Shown here: in pieces, positions 35,746 to 51,475 of the stretch
Layout: each line of letters begins with the position of its first letter
Position numbering within the stretch: the stretch's first letter is position 1
Source: Octopus sinensis
Taxonomy: Eukaryota
Direction: 5' to 3'
DNA length: 64,000 bases
Assembly: GCF_006345805.1 (NCBI RefSeq)
Contig: NC_043005.1
Coordinates: 17,236,001-17,300,000, forward strand
The notes under the pieces: generated by a model
Database searches by the model: none
The model's input: only the letters and a program-made list of their open reading frames with translations
Told to the model about the DNA's origin: nothing
Translations under genes and position numbers: made by a program

Positions 35746-38700
35746 CTGCAAATGGAAATATGTAAAAAATATTAAAACATAAGTTAAGCACATGAAAAAA
35801 AAAAAATGCAGAGATTACCATATATAGCATATTAAATCATACTGTGTAACAAATTTTCTTTTTCTTTTCTTTCTTCTTTTGTTTTTGGTTAGTAAGTGTT
35901 ATTTCCTATTAGATTCTGTCTAGAAGTCTAAGGAAATGATTACTCCCTTTAAACTTTGCTTTTGTTGCCTGCACATCAAAGTTTTGAAACTGACCTATTT
36001 TCCATTACATTTCAGACAGATTCAGCGCTGAATTGCTGAAGCAGAAATATTGTTAGAGCAAATATTCTGCTCAATAACACAGATTTGCTTGTCATTTGCT
36101 TGACCTTAACCACTTGAACAAGTCCCTTGACAATATATGCATCCCTGATCATGAGCAGGCGCAATGGAGGATCATCATAGCCATGTGTTAAGAGGGATTC
36201 TTTGGAGTTTGAGTAAATGTAACAAAAGCAAAGTTTGAAAGAAACATTACCCATTTTTCATACTTACTAAGGGTAAGTAAATAGGGATTAACAGTTGCTA
36301 CCTAAGAACAAAAATTGCATTATATAGTGCTATGAATTTAGTTTAGGCAATGGCAACAAATGTCACCTTGTATCAGATACCATATTTGATAGAATAAAAG
36401 ACACAGAGGGCATATTAGATGCACACCAATTTCTGCAGCACATACTCAAGAACAAAAGTTTTTAGTACATTAATCTTATGGGAGGTCCAACTTCGTTTAT
36501 CGGTACCTGGGTGAATTTCTTGAGATATTCTTGAGGGAGGAAAGTGTATCTTATATGCCATCAGGTATGAAGTACATTATTATATAGTATGCTGTGTACA
36601 ATAGCTCTGTATTCTGAGGTACAATAGTTATGTATGTGGTACAGTAGTTATGGAGGTTACCGATAACAGGAGGAGAAGTTTGCAATGTTACTACAGCCAT
36701 TTGTGTAGTGGAAACTCCTCAGCAAGGCACATTAGCTTCCCTTGCTCCAGTTTGCTGGACTGAAACGGACTCCACCCACTCCTACTTCACGGTTAAACAA
36801 TAATATGAATGGCACCATCCAACTGTAAACATATAAACTTGAGCTACCACTACCACCACCACTGCCACCGCCACCACCACCGCTGCCACCACCACCACCG
36901 CTGCCACCGCCACTACCACCGCTGCCACCACCCTACACACAAACTGAGAGGCAAACAGGGACAAATGAATGTCAAACAGTAAAATAAAATGAAAAACAGA
37001 TTTAGCAAATAGAGTTAGTTTGCGGAGAAGTGGAACTGAACTATTGTAAATCCAAATCTCAGACTCCTGTATATACGAAGCCTACATCTTAACCAGAGTG
37101 GGCTTGAAGAGCCTGAAGCACCTTCTCCATTGTGAAAGCCCGGTCTCTCATTATACGCCCATGTTATGACTGATTTGAAGTGGATTAAGGATCTTCATCT
37201 GAAGCTAAGTGAAACGTGTACAACAGGATGCAAACTAAAAACTGCTCTTATTTGTCAACATCCAGTGGTTTTCTTGGTGTGGCTGACTGTAACAAGTATA
37301 CAGGATCTCTTGTAAACAGTAAAGTAATTGTTTAACTCTTGTGTTATGGAGTTCAGAGGACAATGGGCACAAGCTTCGATATGTGGTTGTTGTGATGAAC
37401 AACAGATGGTACATACATAAGTTCAGACCTTACTACATTGCATTGCCCCGATTACAGCTTATTGGAATTACATTCAAACAAAGATGGGAAAATGAAGGTA
37501 AAATAAGTCAAAAACAAAATAAAAGGAAGGGGCACAAAAACAAAATTTGACATGGTACTGGCCTAGGGTAGAGACCCTCTCTGGCCATGAATAAACATGG
37601 GATTGCACTTAGAAAGTTCCCCTCTGAGGTACAAGTCTGGGCAAAGTTGTTTAAAGAAGACCAGTAGTAGCCCATGCATATCAACCTCTCCTCTCCATGC
37701 CACTGATGTTATCCAAGGGTCATTACAGCTTGGCACCAGTGATGTCACAACTCATTTCTGCAGCTGAGTGAAGTAGAGCAACGTGAAATAAAGTATCTTG
37801 CTCAAGAACGCAATACAGCGTGGTCTGGGAATCGAACTCACTACTTCATGATTGTGAGCCCAACGCTCTAACTACTGAACCATGTGTGGTACTGGCCTAA
37901 TCTATTATGTAACGAATTTTCCAAATAACTGACATGACACCAAATGAGTAAAGTACCGGTGTAGCTTAGGTTATACAAAATTGACATCAATTAAATAAGG
38001 CACTGCTACGTGTGGTAAGTAGCTTGTTTACCAACTACATGGTTCCAGGTTCAGTCCCACTGTGTGACACCTTGGGCAAGTGTCTTCTACTATAGCCTTG
38101 GGCCGACCAAAGCCTTATGAGTGGATTTGGAAGACGGAAGCTGAAAGAAGTCCGTCGTATATATGTATATATATATATATGTATGTGTGTGTTTGTGTGT
38201 CTGTATTTGTCCCATCCAACATCGCTTGACAACCGATGCTGGTGTGTTTATGTCCCCGTCACTTAGCAGTTCGGCAAAAAAGACCGATAAAATAAGTACT
38301 GGGCTTACAAAGAATAAGTCCCGGGGTCGATTTGCTCGACTAAAGGTGGTGCTCCAGCATGGCCGCAGTCAAATGACTGAAACAGGTAAAAGAGTAAAGA
38401 GTATACCAACTTTCAAACTGTCAATTAAACAATGAAATACTAGTCAATATTCTAAGCTCAAGATCTGGTAGCTTCTGCTATAATATGATATCCACTCAAC
38501 ACAAAACAACAAAGTTGCTTAACCTGCTAGAAGTAGCAGTGAAATCTCTCTAAAATTGCAATGTTATACTTTTTATTTGTTTCAGTCACTGGACTGTGGC
38601 CATACTGAAGCACCACCTTCAAAGGTTTAGTTACAGAAATTGACCCCAATGCTTGTTTTTTTTTTAAAGCTGGGTATGTAAGTTTATTGGTCTCATTTGC

Positions 38701-40320
38701 CGATTTAAGTTACAGGGATGTAAACAAACCGACAACGGTTATCAAGCAGTGTGAGGCGGGGAACAAACACAAAGACACCAACACACACAATAGGCTACTA
38801 CATAATTTCTGTCCATTGAAGTCGATCACAAGCATTGGTTGGCCAAGGACTATCGTAGAAGATACTTGCCCAAGAAGCTGTGTAGCAGTATGGAACCTGA
38901 AACCAAATGGTTGCAAAACCATTTACAACAACAAAATTTTTTTTAACTAATTGAAAGCTATGGATAATGTAGTTTTAGATATAGTAATATCAGGGAAAAA
39001 AAAATAAAGGACAAGATAGTCATGGCTGGAAGGGCTTTGACCATGTCTGCCTTCTTTATTGAGGGTTGACCTAGGGACATAATAACAGCAACAAGTATTT
39101 CCATTTCTGCCAGAAAAACAGGATCTTTTGATTATCGTGGAAGAATGAAGTGATTACATGCGGGGGGGGGGGGGGGGGGGGGTAACTGTTTAATAATGTC
39201 AGCTGCAATGCCAATGGATGACACTTCCTTCTTCCCAACTAACAAGACCTCTTAAATTTAAGGATGGGAAGAGAGGTGAAGAAGTGGCAGTGGTGGGGGT
39301 GGTGAAGAAGTGGCAGTGGTGGAGTGGTGAAGAGGTGGTGATGGAACGGTGGTGGTGGTGGTGGTATAGATTGTGCTGATTCTTAGAAGTTTAAGATGCT
39401 CACACACAAAAATGCAAACACAATGTAAATATAAACAAACATATGTATGCTCGTACACATTTTGCATGTCTGCATGCATGCACGTGTGCACACACACACA
39501 CGAGGGCATCTATATGGTTGTTCAACATGCTTGCAATAGCACCTAAATCCTCCTCGAATTACAACTAAATGTCTTAAAAAAACGATAACTTTAGATAATG
39601 TAGACCTATATATTCTTTCTACTAAAGGCACAAGGCCTGAAATTTGAGGGGAGGGGACTAGTCTATTACATCAACCTCAGTGTTTCACTGGTACTTAATT
39701 TATTGACCCTGAAAGGATGACAGATAAAGTTGACCTTGGCAGAATTTGAACTCAGAACGCAGCAATGGACAGAATACTGCTAAGCATTTCATCCAGCATG
39801 CTATCAGTTCTGCCATGGCTGGACTCAGTCAGATCTTTGGCTGTTGAGTTTCACAGAGGCGATGACAAATGACCGAGACTTCTAGTTATTTGCTGTGCCT
39901 GAGAAGACATATCAAGCTCAGTGAAATCATGGTTGTGGCCAGTGTTGGTGACACGTAAAAGGCACTTGTGCCAGAGATGTGCAGGTGGCACCTGTGCCAC
40001 TGACATGTAAAAGACAGCCCAGCACATTCCTTAGAGTGGTTGGTGTTAGGAAGGGCATTCAGTTGTAAAAAAACCAAGCCAAAACGGACAGGGCCTGGGG
40101 CAGCATTCCAGTGTATCAGCTCCAGTCAAACCATCTCGACCATGGAAAACAGACGTATGATGATGATGATGATGATGAGAGCTGACTTAACATGTGATGG
40201 AGCTATACACAGAGATACAGTATAAGTGGTAGATATAATCGATTACTTGGTTTTATCGGTTTTTGCCTGCTTTTTGTAAAATACATTACAAGTTGAGTCT
40301 CTGCATTATATGCAATAGTA

Positions 40321-40810
40321 CAGTAAATCCTCGAGTATAATCCACATTTTTTTCCTAAAATTTAAAGATCAAAATCCCCAGTGCGTACTATATATGAGGT
40401 TAAAAATGAAAAGTATTTTCTAAGCAATGTCCGAGTCAATATTTGCTGTCTGGCTATGTTTATTCAGACGCATTTTGTGATGTCGGGCGCGAAAATACCT
40501 TAAACTAAGCCTGAAAGCAATGAAGTCATAAAAGAATCATCCATAACTTGCAGTAAGAAACATTTATTAAATGTTATTACTGTTATTACTTTATTTTCTG
40601 CAAACAAAATGCACAAAAAAGCTACATGTTTGCATTATGTTATATATACAATAATAATAAAGGACCTTATACATTTTTACAAACCAAGGACGTTATATAG
40701 ACCTTCTTGACTCAAGTTAGAGAAGGGGTGCGTATCATACACAAGATTTAGGTTTTTCAGAGGTATATCCCCCTAAAAATCTCCTGCATATTATACTCAA
40801 GGATTTACGG
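40321..40810. mobile_element. pogo/Tigger-like non-autonomous element
   Basis: TA|CAGTAAATCCTCGAGTATAA ... TTATACTCAAGGATTTACGG|TA: 20-bp TIR (18/20) with TA on both flanks. Confidence 0.85.
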
Positions 40811-42010
40811 TAACCACTAGTATTAGAGATCCTAAAAAATGCTATAGTTAGTTAACTGTATTTCTCCTGTGGTTATGTCATGTAGAAAAGGAATAACGAC
40901 ACGCAACAAAAATGAAAATATGTACACATGAAGTAATAGGTATTTAAATACTTTTTGTGACATTGGAGAGATCTAATAGCGTACCACAGCTCTATTAGTG
41001 TGTGTGTGTGTGTGTGTGTGTGCGTGATCATGTGTATATTACTAGTTCTATGATATATTTCTTTACTACCCACAAGGGGCTAAACACAGAGAGGACAAAC
41101 AAGGACAGACAAAGGGATTAAGTCGATTACATCGACCCCAGTGCGCAGCTGGTACTTAATTTATCGACCCCGAAAGGATGAAAGGCAAAGTCGACCTCGG
41201 CGGAATTTGAACTCAGAATGTAACGACGCTCTAACCACTGAGCCACGCGCCTTTACACCTTGTGCCACTTGAAGAAAATCCCGTCATTGTCATCATCATC
41301 TAACAAGTTAATAAAAAATGCACAGGTGTAGCAGGAAAGGTAGAATACCTTACAGCATTTACTTCCACCTTTCTGTGTTTTATGCTCAAATCCTTCTGCA
41401 TCCAACTGTACCATTCTTCCTTCAATCAAATGTTTCATAAACCCCATGTTAACTGTGTGTATATGTTAGCGTTTGATAAGAGAATGCATGTGTGTTTAAG
41501 TGTGTTCATGTGTTTGTGCGTATGTGGATGTTTCTTAATGGATTTGAGCAGGTTCTCTGTGAGGCTGATATGGTTAATGTTTCTCTGGAATGATTAAAAG
41601 TTGGTAGCTGCAGGATGTGGGCAAGGAAGAAATGACTGAGCAGAATAATAGCCAGTGGAGGAAGGATGTGATGTAAGTGACAAGAAGAGGAGAGATAAGT
41701 GGGTGAGGAGGAGTGCCTGGTTTTATGTTGATTGAGACCAGATATCACTGAGGAGCACAAATCATTGTAGTTGCAATGGAAAAGGTAAAGAGGGGAGACA
41801 GCACATCTGTGGGGCAGAAGCTGGAGAGAATTTCAGCGATTTTACACAGATAGGCGCAGGAGTGGCTGTGTGATAAGTAGCTTGCTTGCCATATGGTTCC
41901 GGGTTCAGTCCCACTGCGTGGTACCTTGGGCAAGTGTCTTCTACTATAGCCTCGGGCCAACCAAAGCCTTGTGAGTGGATTTGGTAGATGGAAACTGAAA
42001 GAAGCCCGTC

Positions 42011-42089
<79 letters not shown>

Positions 42090-42159
42090 ATGTATATGTT
42101 TGTTTGTCTGTGTTTGTCCCTCCAACATCACTTGACAACTGATGCTGGTGTGTTTGCTT

Positions 42160-42462
42160 CTGACATTGCAAAACAGCTAGAAGTTAGTCCAAGCGCGTAT
42201 GTTACATATCTGCATAAGCTTGGGTATTATGGACGAGCAGCTGAAGAAAACCTCTCCTTCAACCAATTAATATCAAATAAAAGATTTTGAAAATTAAAGG
42301 TGTCTATTTACTTCCGGCATGTCTGTGTACATGTCTTTCATTTCGTTTATGGTAACATTAAGGGTAAGCAAATAAAGCCCCTGTTTCATTAAGCCAGCTA
42401 CTGTCTATTGATACCGAGTAGTAAGTTAGTTTTTCAGAGTTGCATCACGGTTATACAGATAT
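42160..42462 (+). mobile_element. Tc1-family transposon remnant
   Basis: DIAKQLEVSPSAYVTYLHKLGYYGRAA continues after a frameshift as RKPLLQPINIK, the Tc1 HTH region motif L...G...R....KPLL. The right boundary is approximate. Confidence 0.6.
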
Positions 42463-43519
42463 AATGTAGGATAAATATAATAAAAACAATAATTTCAGGA
42501 TGGAATTTATAAACATTTAATACATCACTAAATGCGTTTCTACAAATCAAATCATGATCTGTGGAAACATATGTTTATAAACTCCATCCTAGAATTAGTG
42601 TTGTTATTATTTGTACATATGTTTGTATGAATAGGTGTAGGTGGCATGTAAGTTTTAAAGCAGATCAGGATCTGATGAAAGCTTAAGTACTAAAAGTCAA
42701 GTTGATATACTTGAGGCAATGAAGAGCCTAAAAAACATCCGTTAACAGTGAAATGGCAACCTAATCATCGTCAATATCTTTTTCACACAATCACAATTGC
42801 AACACATCAATAAATGTCGTCATATCTCATCTCTACTCATAAACAATGATGATGATGATATATATATATATATTAGCTTAAAGCCACACTCTGTGCAGAG
42901 TTTTCAGCAAGCTCCTGTGGGAGGGGCAATTGGGCCTGCGGCCTAAAACAAAAGAGAGCTAAATAGCATGTCTATAATACGTCTATAATGACTATATGCC
43001 TTGGTGGTGTTTGATCAGAGGTTAAGGTCGAATGAGAATTAATTCTGTAATGCCATCATTCTTTTGTTTCAATCCCAAGTTGAATTCTGTTGGTCAATTT
43101 ATCCCAAAGTTCTTATCTTGACGTAAAATTAATGAAGTGAATGTTGTTTATCTCGCCCCACCTTGACCTCTGACATCATTTGACAAGCGCCACCAAGATG
43201 GCATGAATCAGTCAAACTTTGCCTGCTAGAAATAGCAACCCAAATGCTTTTAAGTCAGGTCCCAATGTGGGATGTTCAAGAACCAAATGAAGGGCAGATC
43301 TTCAATTCTGGGATCATCCTGATCACAAAAACTTAAAATATTTTTATGTAGAGCAAAAGTAGGCTGGGATACAGGGGTTCCAGACAGACAGAATTTTGAT
43401 TTTATTGTGTGTGTGTGTGTGTGTGTGTGGTGGGGCAGTACTCTCTAGCTTATTAGTTTCAGTCTAACCGTCTCACCCATGCCAGCATGGAAAGCAGACG
43501 GTAAGTAATGATGATGATA

Positions 43520-43576
<57 letters not shown>

Positions 43577-46542
43577 CACACACATGAATAAATAGATAGA
43601 TATGAAAATATGGGTTTGTGTTTTCATGCATAAACAAGGTGTTTAATACACACCTGTGTTAGAAAGAAGTGCTTACAGTTTATTGTGTGATGTTGAACAA
43701 AATTATTCTTCACACATAAAGGTTCCAGGTGATTAAGAACACCTGAGTGAGTATGACCGATTAATGTCAACCACATGAAACCTTTACATACAAGGAAATA
43801 ATAATAATAATAATAACACATTAGAACCATAAAGCAACACCTACAACAGAGGCTTCTAATTTCAGTAAACGGTCAATATTTTTTTAAGGAGAGGAGGTTA
43901 GTCAGTTATGTTGACTCCAGTACTTGAATGGGGCTTTATTGATCAAGCAGGGATGAAAAACAAAGTTGGCTTTAGCAGGATTTGAACCTGGAATGTGAAG
44001 AGGAGGAACAAATGCTGCAACGTACTTTTTCAGTCTTAGGTACAGGTATGGCTGTGTGGTTAAAAAGTCCAGCTACACAGTGTCGGGTTCAATTCCATTG
44101 TGCATCACCCTAACCCCTTAGCATTTCAATTGGCCCTATCAAGCCAAAATATTCTGCCTTGTTTTATGTTGAAACTGGACAGATCCAGCCATTCATACCT
44201 AACCGACAATGTCATTCTAAATATAAACAATCTATAGGCGTAGGAGTGGCTGTGTGGTAAGTAGCTTGCTTACCAACCACATGGTTCTAAGTTCAGTCCC
44301 ACTGTGTGGCACCTTGGGCAAGTGTCTTCTTCTATATCCTTGGGCTGACCAAAACCTTGTGAGTGGATTTGGTAGATGGAAACTGAAAGAAACCTGTCAT
44401 ATATATGAATGTATGTATATATATATATATATGTACGTGTGTGTATATGTTTGTGTGTCTGTGTTTGTCCCCCCTGTCATATATATGAATGTATGTATAT
44501 ATAAATATGTACGTGTGTGTATATGTTTGTGTGTCTGTATTTGTCCCCCAACATCGCTTGACAACCAATGCTGGTGTGTTTATGTCCCCGTAACTTAGCG
44601 GTTTGGCAAAAGAGACCAATAGAATAAGTACTAGGCTTCCAAAGAATAAGTCCTGGGATCGATTTGCTCGACTAAAGGTGGTGCTCCAGCATGGCCACAG
44701 TCAAATGACTGAAACAAGTAAAAGAGTAATCACCTCATCAAAATCTCAAAGCTACAAGATAATCCAGTATTAATTCAAAACAACGTGAATAAATAAATAT
44801 TTCATTTGACAGAGTTATCTGAATGCCGAAGGGTTAAACACATATTCCACCAGAGCCTTGAGTCAACCAACATACCTGAACAGATTTGATTTGTGCATTA
44901 TTATTGGTGGGATTTGAACTTAATCCTTTCGTTACCAACCTGGCTGAAACTGGCTCTGGCTCTGTAGTACAAATGTCTTGTTTTCATAAATTTTGAATTA
45001 AAATCTTCCACCAAACCTTAGTCACAATTTATGTTCCTAACACTAGCTTATTGATAACCAAGTTATTTTACTAAATTCTTTGTTACATCTAAAATAATTG
45101 AGAGAAACACAGAGCATCTCAAAATAAATATGGTAACGGAAGGGTTAAAGAACTGGAAGAAATCCTGCAAGACATTTCATGCTAGCATGGGTCAGACAAT
45201 TTGACTGAGGTCTGGTAAACCAGATGGCTGCACCAGACTCCAATCTGATCTGGCAGAGTTTCTACAGCTGGATGCCCTTCCTAATGCCAACCACTCTGAG
45301 AGTGTAGTGGGTGCTTTTACGTGGTACTGGCAACAGCCACGCTCAAATGGTGCTTTCTATGTACCACCTGCACAGAAGCCAGTCCAGCGGCACTGGCAAT
45401 GATCTCGCTTGAATGTTTTTTTACACGTGCCGCAGGTAATGATCACGCTCGAATGGTGCTTTTTACATGCCATCGGCATGGAAGCCAGCTCGTTGCTCTG
45501 GCAACGATCTCGCTCGTATGGTACTCTTAGCGGTCCACTAGCACGGATGCCAGTCATCAAATTTTATTTCAATTTCAAATCCGATGACTGGCATATATAC
45601 ATATATATATATAAATATATATATATATTATATGTGCATGCACACACATGTACATACTTTTACACACAGTACAGACAACAAAGCATCTGTCTACTAAAAT
45701 CCCATCTCAAAGCATTGGCCAACTAAAGGCTATAGTAGAAGATGCTTGTCTAAGATTCTGTGTTGTTAGACTGAACCCAGAACTTTGTGAATACAAGAAA
45801 ACTTCTTTATTATACAACCATAATGAAAAAAACTTGCAAGAGTTTTTTTTTTTTTTTACAAAAATGGTATTTCTACAAAAAAATATACATTAAAATACAA
45901 AAGAAAAAAAAAAATCTCCCAAGCAATTATAACATCTGTCCAGATTTTCCCAGGAGACATTCTGTTCTCAACCATTTACTGGGTCAGTCACAGCTAAATG
46001 CAGAAAGTCAAATAGGTCAACATACCGCTTGGTTGAAAACCACCACTACCATTTGAGCTTAGGGTATCTTTAGTAGAGTTTACTTTGTTGTAAGTATTCC
46101 AACTAGTTTATATAGTGTACATTGATCTGTTCAGGCTGGATGTAGCCTACACTGTAGTCTCTTAAGTTGGGCTGAGAAAGGGCCTGCAATGAGCCGATGA
46201 AGGAGCTTTTACATGAAGCACTTCCACCAACTCGTGCATATATAGGGTTGTTATTATTATATGGATGTGAAGGTAGTCTAGAATGCCCCACTCATACCAC
46301 TGGCAGATGTTAAGCTGTTGCTATTTAGTCCGGGTCAGCTTTGAGTGAGCACACCTACTATTAAAGACATTCATTTCAGCTGTGTTCATTCACATTTGGT
46401 TTAAGATAGTAAGGTGTGATTTGAAAGAGATTTGGCTGCTATTTCTAGTTGGTCGAATGCTATTTTCAGCATCATCACTTACGTGTGGGTTGAGTCCAGT
46501 GTTCCACTCAACATCTCTGCTCCAACGACCTGGACCCACATT

Positions 46543-46723
46543 CAGGGCTGTGGAGTTGGAATTAGAAACTGTGGAGTTGGAATTCAGGGCTGTGAAGTTG
46601 GGGTAGCCGGAGTCGGTAAAATACACCACAATCACTTAATTACATATAGGAAGGAGTTGGAGGAGCCAATAGTAGAGGAGTCAGAGTCGGAGTCAAAAGT
46701 TTTGTTTTGACTCCACAGCCCTG
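46543..46723. mobile_element. Second CAGGGCTGTG hAT-like MITE copy
   Basis: Same termini; TSD CCCACATT/ACCACATT (7/8). The left 21-bp segment is triplicated. Confidence 0.8.
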
Positions 46724-47360
46724 ACCACATTCATGGTTAACTGATGTAAAGGTGGCGGTGAGCTGGCAGAATGGTTCGCATGCCAGGCAAAATGCTTAGC
46801 AGCATTTGGTCCATCTTTCATTCTGAGTTCAAATTCTGCAAAGATTGACCTTACCTTTCTTCCTTCTGAGGTGGGATTGATGAGATAAGTACCAGTGGCG
46901 CACTGGGGTCGATGTAATCGACTATCCTTTCCCCCAAATTTCAGGCCCTGTGCCAACAGTAGAAAGGATTATTAACAGATTTAAGTCTTATTCCTTTCTT
47001 CTTTAATCTGCTTCAGTCATTGGACTGCAGCCATGACGGGCACTGCTTTGAAATATCTAACTGATCAAATTGACCCCGGCACACCAATTTATTAAACCTT
47101 AACATATTCTACAGGTTTCTTTTTGCCAAAATCCTACATTACAAGGACGTAACCTATCCAAAACATGATGAAGGACACAATGGCAGTATTTAAACTTAAA
47201 CAATGCATAGCAACCAACCTGGACAGTAAAGTGTTCTGTAAACATATTAAATTAGAAACAGAAACCTTGCTCTCTGGTTGGCCCTCTTTGCAATCCCCAC
47301 ATAACTCAAATTACTGAAGATCCCAAAAAATGTGCAGAACTTACTGCTGAAAGCTATACT

Positions 47361-47598
47361 TATTTCTTTATTACCCACAAGGGGCTAAAGACAGAGAGGA
47401 CAAACAAGGACAGACAAACGGATTAAGTCGATTATATCGACCCCAGTGCGTAACTGGTACTTATTTAATCGACCCTGAAAGGATGAAAGGCAAAGTTGTC
47501 CTTGACAGAATTTGAACTCAGAATGTAATGGCAGGCGAAATACGGCTACGCATTTTGCCTGGCATGCTAACGATTCTTCCAGCTCACCGCCCTGAAAA
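47361..47598 (-). mobile_element. SINE family B copy with 15-bp TSD
   Basis: TSD GCTGAAAGCTATACT at 47346-60 and 47599-613. Confidence 0.9.
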
Positions 47599-47623
47599 GC
47601 TGAAAGCTATACTGGCATTTTAA

Positions 47624-48317
<694 letters not shown>

Positions 48318-49091
48318 TTAACTTTTGAAAATCCAGCTGCACTGTCTTCACTGCTACGTAACATCTAGTTCCATTGCATCTGTTGAATTTACTCCTGTAA
48401 TGCTGCTAAGCCATCTTAATCCCTTAGCATTCTGCCAAATGCATCACATATACATTCATCATCATTTAACGTCCGCCTTCCATGCTGGCATGGGTTGGTT
48501 GGTCTGACAGGAGTTTTTGGTGGGGTTTTTGTGGCTGGATGCCCTTCCTGACACCAACCACCCAGTAAAATGGACTAAGTGCTGTTTACGTGACACATTG
48601 ATTTGAATTAATCATACATTATCTTGTAGCTTTGAGATTTCAATGATGTAACTGTTTATGTTTTGAATAACATTGTTGGTGAGGTGTGAGAGGCCAAATC
48701 TGGTCAGTTTGAACATTAAATGGGTAAAAAATTTGGGGCTAGTATATCGGCTTAAATGCCAAAGGGTTAAGCGTATTTGTCCCTGGTCTTTATAGTGGTA
48801 CTTAACTGCTTTTCATGTGGCAGGCTACACCAGCTTTTGCTCCTCTTCCAATTCTGCCTCAACCTTTTAACATTGAAACTAGCCATACCCAACCCAAATA
48901 TTTCACATGTTTTATGCTCAAACAGGCCAGATCAGGCTACTCACACCTACCCTACAATGTGATTTTAGAAATATACAATCACATCATTGAAATCTCAAAG
49001 CTACAAGATAATGTATGATTAATTCAAAATAATGTGAATTAATGGACATTACAAATGACAGAGAGATCAGAAAACTGAAGGGTTTATAACT

Positions 49092-49240
49092 GTGCTACCC
49101 CCAGGACAATGGAAAATTGCCAGTATTATTCCCCTGTTCAAAACGCAACCATATATCACTTGTTAATTACTGTCCAATCAGTCTCCCAGTTGTATCACCA
49201 AATTGATGGAGTCTTGTGTTAGAAAGACACTCTGGAACTA
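49092..49240 (+). pseudogene. Frameshifted CR1-type reverse transcriptase fragment
   Basis: With frameshifts it reads QWKIASIIPLFK...VNYCPISL.SCITKLMESCVRKTLWN, matching WK.A...PIFK...NYRPISLTS...KLME. Confidence 0.8.
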
Positions 49241-49859
49241 TAGTAGAAAGGATTATTATTATTATTATTATTATTACTGAGTGAGAAAACTTCTTACTAC
49301 TTAGCCATATCTGCACCTATGTATATATATTTGTGTGTATGTGTGTGCATGTGTGTGTGTGTGTGTGTGTGAGCTTCTGGTACCAAAACATAGTGTCACA
49401 AGACCGTCAGTGTCCAAAATGTCACACCCAATCATCTGATTCCATGTACCATGACCACCACAATTAGTGCTACTACAAACCACACTGGCCAATTCTTTCA
49501 TAACTATCTGCCAAACACCAGCACCACTGTACCATTATCTTCTGTCATCAAAAACCACCACCGGCACTACCAACATCATTATGCAACTACCTCCCACCAC
49601 TACTACACCACTAGTTACCATCAATAAACAGCAAATATTGCAACAAACTGAGACAGCCTTCTAAGCGGTCACTCAACTTGCTAGAAATAACAACCAAATT
49701 TCTCTCAAATCTCACTCTACCTCTTATAACAAAAACAACAACGGTACTCATTAGAAAACACTGTGACTCTTTGTGGGCCTTGACCTGCTAGAAAGAGCAG
49801 CCAAGTGTACACCTTAAAAACAAATGTACACAATAGAGAATACACACTGGGTGAATGGG

Positions 49860-50265
49860 TATGTATGAATATATATGAATATATACATACACGCACACAC
49901 ACACATATATATATATACATGTATATATACATACACATATATATATACATACATATATATATACATACATGTATATATACATACACATATATATATACAT
50001 ACATACATATATATATATACATACATACATATATATATACATACATATATATATACATACATATATATATACATACATATATACATACACATACATATAT
50101 ACATACACATACATACATATATATATACATACACACAAATATATATATATACATACAAATATATATATATACATACAAATATATATATATACATACATAC
50201 AAACATATATATATATACATACACACAAATATATATATACATACATACATATACATACACACATA

Positions 50266-50297
<32 letters not shown>

Positions 50298-50692
50298 CAT
50301 ATATATACATACACACACATACATACATATATATACATACACACACATACATACATATACATACACACACATACATACATATACATACACACACATACAT
50401 ATACATACACACACATACATACATATATACATGCACACACACATATATATATACATACACACACACACATATATACATACACCACATACATACATATATA
50501 TATACACACACACACACATATATATATAACACACACACACACATATATATACACACACACACACATATATATATACACACACACACATATATATATACAC
50601 ACACACACATATATATACACACACATACATACATACATACACATACATACATACATATAATATACATACATATATACATACATATATATATC
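49860..50692. repeat. Compound (TA/CA)n microsatellite expansion, ~830 bp
   Basis: Low-complexity TA/CA tract; it produces the six-frame YI/HT/VC ORF artefacts. Confidence 0.95.
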
Positions 50693-51021
50693 ATCATCAT
50701 CATCGTTTAACGTCCGTTTTCCATGCTAGCACGGGTTGGACGGTTCGACCGGGGTCTGGGAAGCCAGGGGCTGCTCCAGGCTCCAGCCTGATCTCGCAGA
50801 GTTTCTACGGCTGGATGCCCTTCCTAACGCCAACCACTCCGCGAGTGTAGTGGGTGCTTTTTACGTGCCACCTGCACAGGTGCCAGGGGGTTCCGGCATC
50901 GGCAACGATTGGTTGGAGCTTTTAACGTGCCAGCGGCACGGAAGCTAGCCAAGGCGGCGCTGGCAACGTTCGGATGGTGCTTTTTATGTGCCACCGGCAC
51001 AGAAGCCAGTCGGGGCGGCGT

Positions 51022-51054
<33 letters not shown>

Positions 51055-51475
51055 TATCTTTTACTTGTTTCAGTCATCTGACTTTGGCCATGCTGGAACT
51101 CCAGCTTAAAAGGTTTTTAGTTGAAGAAGTCGACAACCAAGACTTGTTCTTTGTAACCCTAGTACCAACACACTAACATCGGATGTCAAGCGATAGTGGA
51201 GGGAACAAACACAGACACAAAGACACAGTCACAGATACATACACATACATACAATGGGCTTCCTTCAGTTTCCATCTACCAAATCCATCCACAAGGCTTT
51301 GGTTGGCCTGAGGCTATGGCAGAAGACATCTGCCCAAGAAGCCACGGGGTGGGACTGAACCCGGAACCATGTGGATGGCAAGCAAGCTTCTTATTCCTCT
51401 TATTTGAGATGCGATTATGAGAGAGACGTGCTGCCTTACCACTGAGAAGGGAACCATTAAACACTGTAGTTAGTC

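Noticed and set aside
41506-41830. Possible L2-type RT remnant on the minus strand
   Set aside because: Similarity too weak to assert by eye.
43675-43785. Minus-strand open segment between AG and GTAAGC (FMWLTLIGHTHSGV...)
   Set aside because: No recognisable domain and a weak acceptor; cannot be supported without RNA data.
47281-47345. TFFGIFSNLSYV as the possible upstream NIDO exon
   Set aside because: Only superficial FFG similarity, with no suitable splice sites or DD.S motif.
49717-50710. Long ORFs of 186-328 aa in several frames (also 52164-53203 and 59159-60085)
   Set aside because: They are translations of TA/CA/TG microsatellites that lack stop codons by composition.
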